Positions 27,889 through 31,676 of a DNA stretch of 31,676 nt are shown piece by piece. The notes beneath the pieces are model-generated. The model made no database searches, had not been told where the DNA came from, and saw only the letters and a program-made list of their open reading frames with translations. The DNA comes from Burkholderiales bacterium (GTDB taxonomy: Bacteria > Pseudomonadota > Gammaproteobacteria > Burkholderiales > Casimicrobiaceae). Positions within the stretch are counted from its first letter, which is position 1; each line of letters begins with the position of its first letter. A program made the translations under genes and the position numbers. The stretch spans positions 1 to 31,676 of the forward strand of contig JAIRPA010000067.1 in the NCBI GenBank assembly GCA_031257235.1, read 5' to 3'.

Positions 27889-29337
27889 TTATGAAACGTA
27901 TAACAGCAACACCATCGCCGCCACGGACGCAAGAATCATCCCCGGCGCGTTGCGCTTTGCCATTTCCATCGGATTAACCTTGGCAATGCCCGCCAGCAAA
28001 ATAGCCGCGCCGGCAATGGGCGACATCGTGCGTCCTAAAGACCCCCCCAGTGCCGCCAAAGCTCCCATGTTTGCCGTCTCAAACCCAAATGCCGAGGCGT
28101 GAATCGTGACGGCTTTGTTAAACGCCATTGCCGCGGCGTCTCCCGATCCGCTCACCACCCCCAACAAAAACGGTCCGTAAGAAGCCGCAATGCCTGCAAT
28201 ATTGGTCGTCTCCTTCATCGCTTTAATTCCGGCATCAATCAATCCCAGCGCGTTCATGCCGCCCACAAAAACGCCCGCCGCGATGATGATACTGATCACG
28301 TCGCCGTAGCCTTTACCCATGCCGTCAAAGAAATACCGAGTGGCTTTAGAGGGGCTTGTCCTTGTAAACAGCAGACACAAAAACGCGCCGAGCAACATGG
28401 CGTGGGGCACTAAAACGCCTTTTGCCCATCCCCATCGGCTCATGAACGCCTTCGCGCTTTCAATCGCTTCGGGAGCGGCATCCGCCGAGCCTGCAATACT
28501 TTTCGCGCTGTTGAGTTCGCCGCTTAAAAGGCTCGCGCCAATTAAAAGCACAATCGGCATCATCGGCAAAACCGCTAAAAACGGATTGACTTTAAAGTTG
28601 TTGATCGCGGCTTTTTCCTCTTCCCCTAGGGAGGGATCGACATAGCCGGCATTTTCTTTTCTGAAAAAGGCAACGACGGTCAAAGAAGCCGCACCGATAC
28701 CAAAACAGACCAGTGTCGGCACCAACAGGGTTTTAATCACATCCATCGCGCCAAAGGTTTCGCCGGCGGGCAGGGTGCCGGCTTCGTGCATGGCGGCGGT
28801 CGTCAATTCGGCAATCACCGGGTTATGCGCCAACCCCGGACTAAACATGGAACCAAACGTTCCAAGCATAATGGCGGAAGCCGCAATCACGGGATGAACG
28901 CCTTGCGATACCAGCAGGGGAATCATGATCACGCCGGTGGCCGCGGCGCATCCCGCCGCCGTGGGAATGGCAATGTTAATCAAAAACGTTGCCAACGCCG
29001 CCGCCGGAATCAAAAAAGGTCGAATATGTTTTAATCCTCTTGCCATCGCAAACACCAGATGCTTATCACACTGTGTCAGCTGCAACACGCCGGCAAAGCC
29101 CAGTGCCGAACAAATATTGAGCACCAGACTTTTGACCACCATGTTGTCGGTAAACGCCGTGAAAGCCGCCATCAAATTCCAACTCAAGATCGCCATTAAA
29201 AACCCGGCGCCGATCAGCACCATACGGGTTTCGTACTGCTTGATCAGCAACACCACCACGCCGATAATAATCACGATGCCCAACAAGACCCCTAGGGATA
29301 AGCCTCCCAAAATTTGAACGCTCATCAAATTAGCCAT
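27889..29337 (-). CDS. DcuC-family (C4-dicarboxylate/organic-acid) secondary transporter
   Basis: YETRMVLIGAG, INIAIPTAAGCAA, GSGDAAAMAF, GRTMSPIAG; many hydrophobic segments; AAGGGGAG RBS. The substrate is uncertain. Confidence 0.8.
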   Translation of the reverse strand: MANLMSVQILGGLSLGVLLGIVIIIGVVVLLIKQYETRMVLIGAGFLMAILSWNLMAAFTAFTDNMVVKSLVLNICSALGFAGVLQLTQCDKHLVFAMARGLKHIRPFLIPAAALATFLINIAIPTAAGCAAATGVIMIPLLVSQGVHPVIAASAIMLGTFGSMFSPGLAHNPVIAELTTAAMHEAGTLPAGETFGAMDVIKTLLVPTLVCFGIGAASLTVVAFFRKENAGYVDPSLGEEEKAAINNFKVNPFLAVLPMMPIVLLIGASLLSGELNSAKSIAGSADAAPEAIESAKAFMSRWGWAKGVLVPHAMLLGAFLCLLFTRTSPSKATRYFFDGMGKGYGDVISIIIAAGVFVGGMNALGLIDAGIKAMKETTNIAGIAASYGPFLLGVVSGSGDAAAMAFNKAVTIHASAFGFETANMGALAALGGSLGRTMSPIAGAAILLAGIAKVNPMEMAKRNAPGMILASVAAMVLLLYVS

Positions 29338-29508
29338 TTGAAATCTCCCCTTCGATTAAAGATTTATATCCGATATTTAACGACTAAAATTAACCCATCA
29401 ACGAGAATGTCTGAAACATTAACTACAAACTCACCACGGTCAAAGACCGTTTCAGGCGCTCAATTTTAACGCCGGTGATGTTGATAATATTTGCGTTACC
29501 TTAATAAA

Positions 29509-29543
29509 ACAGGAATCAGAGGTCAGAGGTCAGGGATCAGGGT
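29509..29543 (+). repeat. Heptamer tandem array x5
   Basis: ACAGGAA TCAGAGG TCAGAGG TCAGGGA TCAGGGT. Confidence 0.9.
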
Positions 29544-29619
29544 TTCGGCAAAAAGTGAAAACCTACTTTTTGCCGGTGTATGCTTCCCAAAAAGGACAGG
29601 CAAAGCCTGATCCTTTTTT
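29544..29619 (-). repeat. Double-hairpin element copy 9
   Basis: Minus strand: AAAAAA GGA T CAGGC TTT GCCTG TCC TTTTT GGGAAGCATACA C CGGCAAAAAGT AGGTTTTC ACTTTTTGCCG AA. Confidence 0.9.
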
Positions 29620-29639
29620 GTAGGAAATGCGGGAAGACC

Positions 29640-29770
29640 GGATTGCGGGTCTGCCTGCCGCAGGCGGACTGCCCGCAATGACGAGGTGAGAGATGGTCGC
29701 TAAATTCGATACACCGCGTTTGAGGCAAGCCCCCTTTATAAAAGGGGGTGGCTACGAAGTCGCCGGGGGT
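29640..29770. repeat. Central mosaic: CGTC-type palindrome with a nested hairpin, and a C5/G5 palindrome
   Basis: GGATTGCGGG-TCTGCCTGCCGCAGGCGGACTG-CCCGCAATGACG (29640-29683); CCCCCTTT-ATA-AAAGGGGG (29730-29748). Confidence 0.75.
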
Positions 29771-29792
29771 TTGTAACATTCGCCGTTTATAC

Positions 29793-29905
29793 AAAAAAGT
29801 ATCGGGCTTTGCCCGTACTTTTTTGCAAATCATGACCGGCAAAAAGTAGGGTTTTACTTTTTGCCGAACCCGCTGATCCCTGATCCCTGAAACTCCGATC
29901 CCTGA
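29793..29905 (+). repeat. Double-hairpin element copy 10 plus heptamer array
   Basis: AAAAAA GTA T CGGGC TTT GCCCG TAC TTTTTT GCAAATCATGA C CGGCAAAAAGTA GGGTTT TACTTTTTGCCG AA, then CCGCTGA TCCCTGA TCCCTGA ... TCCCTGA. Confidence 0.9.
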
Positions 29906-30134
29906 TACCCATGTCATTAAAATGGTCATAACGCCATGTAACTCGCACCCCTCTATATCTCAACAAAAAATAAGTCTCCTCTACTATCCGCTGTTGAAAA
30001 AAGTATAAGTGTTACCAATGTTGCATTTTGGTCATCACTTTGGGTAATGGAGGTAAAAATACGTACTTTTAATGAGTCTTATATATAAAAAAACTAAAAT
30101 GACTTAACTCCCTCCTTCAGATGAAAGGGATGAC

Positions 30135-30350
30135 ATGAATAACCAAACTATGCAAATGAACCGACACTTTACACTCCACTCACTTGAGAAGACGCTGTGC
30201 GAATTGCAGTCCGTTCGCCGCTTGGAAAAATCAAATTTGTTGCTCGCTAACGGGAGTAACAAAGACACTATTGAAAAATTCATTGTTAAGCTTGATAAGT
30301 TAATCGCGGGGACGGAGAATAAAATAAGGCAGCTCACTTATTTCCATTAG
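30135..30350 (+). CDS. Hypothetical 71-aa protein in an AT-rich patch
   Basis: ATG start with AAGGGA about 4 nt upstream and a helical-looking sequence. No recognisable family. Confidence 0.4.
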   Translation: MNNQTMQMNRHFTLHSLEKTLCELQSVRRLEKSNLLLANGSNKDTIEKFIVKLDKLIAGTENKIRQLTYFH

Positions 30351-30493
30351 TGCGTTGCGCGCCTCATGCCGCGAACGATTAACGTCAAACATGGGTTGGG
30401 GGTTTTTCCCAAAGGGTTTGTTTGGGCGGAATGAGTTTTTTTCAATCGTCTTGAGAGATAAGGCAACCTTGGGTTTGCCGTTTGAGTTCGGGC

Positions 30494-30513
30494 GGGCGGG
30501 TTGCCTGCCCTAC
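30494..30513 (-). repeat. GTAG-type palindrome
   Basis: Minus strand: GTAG-GGCAGG-CAA-CCCGCCC, embedded in a longer TTGAGT...ACTCAA stem. Confidence 0.5.
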
Positions 30514-30544
30514 TCAAGTTTCACCGGTCGCCGAGCCCGTCCGT

Positions 30545-30572
30545 TTGCGAAAGGCTTAATCTCGCGTATAAT
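30545..30572 (+). promoter_or_regulatory. sigma70 promoter of tRNA-Gly
   Basis: TTGCGA-N16-TATAAT followed by a GC-rich discriminator (CCGCTCAC), typical of stable-RNA promoters. Confidence 0.7.
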
Positions 30573-30596
30573 CCGCTCACGTTTTATGAGTGCCAC

Positions 30597-30670
30597 GCGG
30601 GCGTGGTTCAATGGTAGAACGGCGGCTTCCCAAGCCTCAAACGGGGGTTCGATTCCCCTCGCCCGCTCCA
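30597..30670 (+). tRNA. tRNA-Gly (anticodon CCC)
   Basis: Acceptor stem GCGGGCG/CGCCCGC, D-arm GTTC/GAAC, anticodon loop TTCCCAA, T-loop TTCGATT, encoded CCA; 74 nt. Confidence 0.95.
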
Positions 30671-30746
30671 TGACACAAAAATATCCACCAAACCCCGAAA
30701 GCAACCCCTCCCATCACGCCATGGCGTGTATTTTTGCCTATCCCTC

Positions 30747-31163
30747 TTATGGCTTGGGCGCCATCACCAGCCCGACTTGGGTCAGCCCCGCACGAGCGCA
30801 ATCGGAAAGCGTATCCGCCACCACCCGATACGCCACCTCCTGATCGGCTCTCACATGCACGATCGGTTGCGGGTTTTTCCGCGCTTCGGCTTCAAAAAGC
30901 GTATTGGCTTCTTCTCGGGTGGCAGGTTCGCCGTTTAAAAACAATTCGCCCGCGCCATTGATGGCAACATCGAGCTTATCTTGAACGGTTTGATGTTCTG
31001 CCGCGTCAGATTGAGGCAGATTTAAACGAATCGCGTGGGTAAAAAAAGGCGCGGTGACGATAAAGATCACCAATAAAACCAACATCACGTCAATGAGCGG
31101 CACCATATTGATTTCGCTCATCGGTTTATCTTTCGTCCCTCGATCAAACGAGCCGAACATCAT
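30747..31163 (-). CDS. exbD: ExbD/TolR biopolymer transport protein
   Basis: SEINMVPLIDVMLVLLVIFIVTAP and VHVRADQEVAY. Confidence 0.92.
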   Translation of the reverse strand: MMFGSFDRGTKDKPMSEINMVPLIDVMLVLLVIFIVTAPFFTHAIRLNLPQSDAAEHQTVQDKLDVAINGAGELFLNGEPATREEANTLFEAEARKNPQPIVHVRADQEVAYRVVADTLSDCARAGLTQVGLVMAPKP

Positions 31164-31188
31164 TGCCTTTCATCAAAAAGACTTTCAT

Positions 31189-31676
31189 CTATCGCTTGCC
31201 GCTTTGACGCGCGTATTGCAACAAGAGCTCCCACCACTCATACGCAAAACGATCCAGCCTTGCCAACCACACGCGATTGACCCGCATAAACCCGTTATAA
31301 GCAATCACCGCCGGAATCGCCACGAAAAGCCCAAAGCCGGTCATGATCAAGGCTTCCCCGACCGGCGCCGCAATTTTGTCGAGCGTTCCCGCCCCCGAAA
31401 CGCCGATATGAATCAGCGCCGAATAAATCCCCCACACCGTCCCAAACAACCCGACAAAAGGAGCGGTGCTGCCAATGGTGGCCAATGCCGTCAACCCGCT
31501 TTCACATCGTGTGGTTTCTTCGTCCAACGCGCCGCGCATCGCGCGTGTAATAACTTGCTTGAATGTGGCTTCATCCCACACCCCCGTGTTTTGTGCCTCA
31601 TAGTATTCTTGCGCTTCCAAACTTTGCCGGCTCACGCGGGCAAACGCGGAATTCGGAGGTAACGCGCGAATCGATT
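31189..31676 (-). CDS. exbB: ExbB/TolQ/MotA proton-channel protein (5'-partial; frame open to the window edge)
   Basis: LATIGSTAPFVGLFGTVWGI, EALIMTGFGLFVAIPAVIAYN; directly upstream of exbD. Confidence 0.9.
   Translation of the reverse strand, partial: SIRALPPNSAFARVSRQSLEAQEYYEAQNTGVWDEATFKQVITRAMRGALDEETTRCESGLTALATIGSTAPFVGLFGTVWGIYSALIHIGVSGAGTLDKIAAPVGEALIMTGFGLFVAIPAVIAYNGFMRVNRVWLARLDRFAYEWWELLLQYARQSGKR

Noticed and set aside
29490-29925. Target-site duplications or IS terminal inverted repeats around the composite repeats
   Set aside because: I found no convincing direct repeats flanking any locus by eye, and no transposase ORF, so none is called a mobile_element.
30671-30746. Integrative element at the tRNA-Gly 3' end
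   Set aside because: exbD follows within 76 bp, with no integrase and no duplicated tRNA 3' end. The CACGC-CATG-GCGTG stem is at most a weak terminator.
830-31635. Numerous antisense ORFs of 60-200 aa opposite the real genes (for example 9926-10585, 26571-27062, 31054-31662)
   Set aside because: These are expected shadows of GC-rich coding strands, with no motifs or translation signals.

Overview
A mostly minus-strand chromosomal window. It is probably from a betaproteobacterium, inferred from the rpsF-priB-rpsR-rplI order, the split pntA and the style of the Hcp. Contents: (1) an Rhs-core remnant running off the left edge into a toxin-like C-terminus; it is absent from the ORF track. (2) A 12-gene, tightly coupled sulfate-assimilation operon (sbp-cysT-cysW-cysA-cysH-cysD-cysN) that continues into a protein-thiocarboxylate module (ThiS-like carrier, ThiF/MoeB, JAMM protease), a sulfite reductase fused to TusA, and cysG. 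No sulfhydrylase gene is present. (3) rpsF-priB-rpsR-rplI. (4) pntAa-pntAb-pntB. (5) An isolated T6SS block, hcp-tssE-tssF-tssG. (6) A K+-independent H+-PPase. (7) A DcuC-family transporter with two M20 hydrolases. (8) An AT-rich orphan ORF, tRNA-Gly(CCC), exbD and a partial exbB. The most striking unexplained signal is non-coding: ten copies of a ~70-130 bp double-hairpin element. Its first stem keeps one geometry (A5-6, 3 bp, one bulged base, 5 bp, TYY loop, T5-7) while the paired bases change in a compensatory way. The copies are assembled with CGTC/GTAG-type palindromes and TCAGRRR heptamer arrays into mosaic, sometimes inverted-pair, intergenic modules. No transposase, integrase or CRISPR array is visible. 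All calls come from reading the sequence and recalled family motifs; no database search was run.
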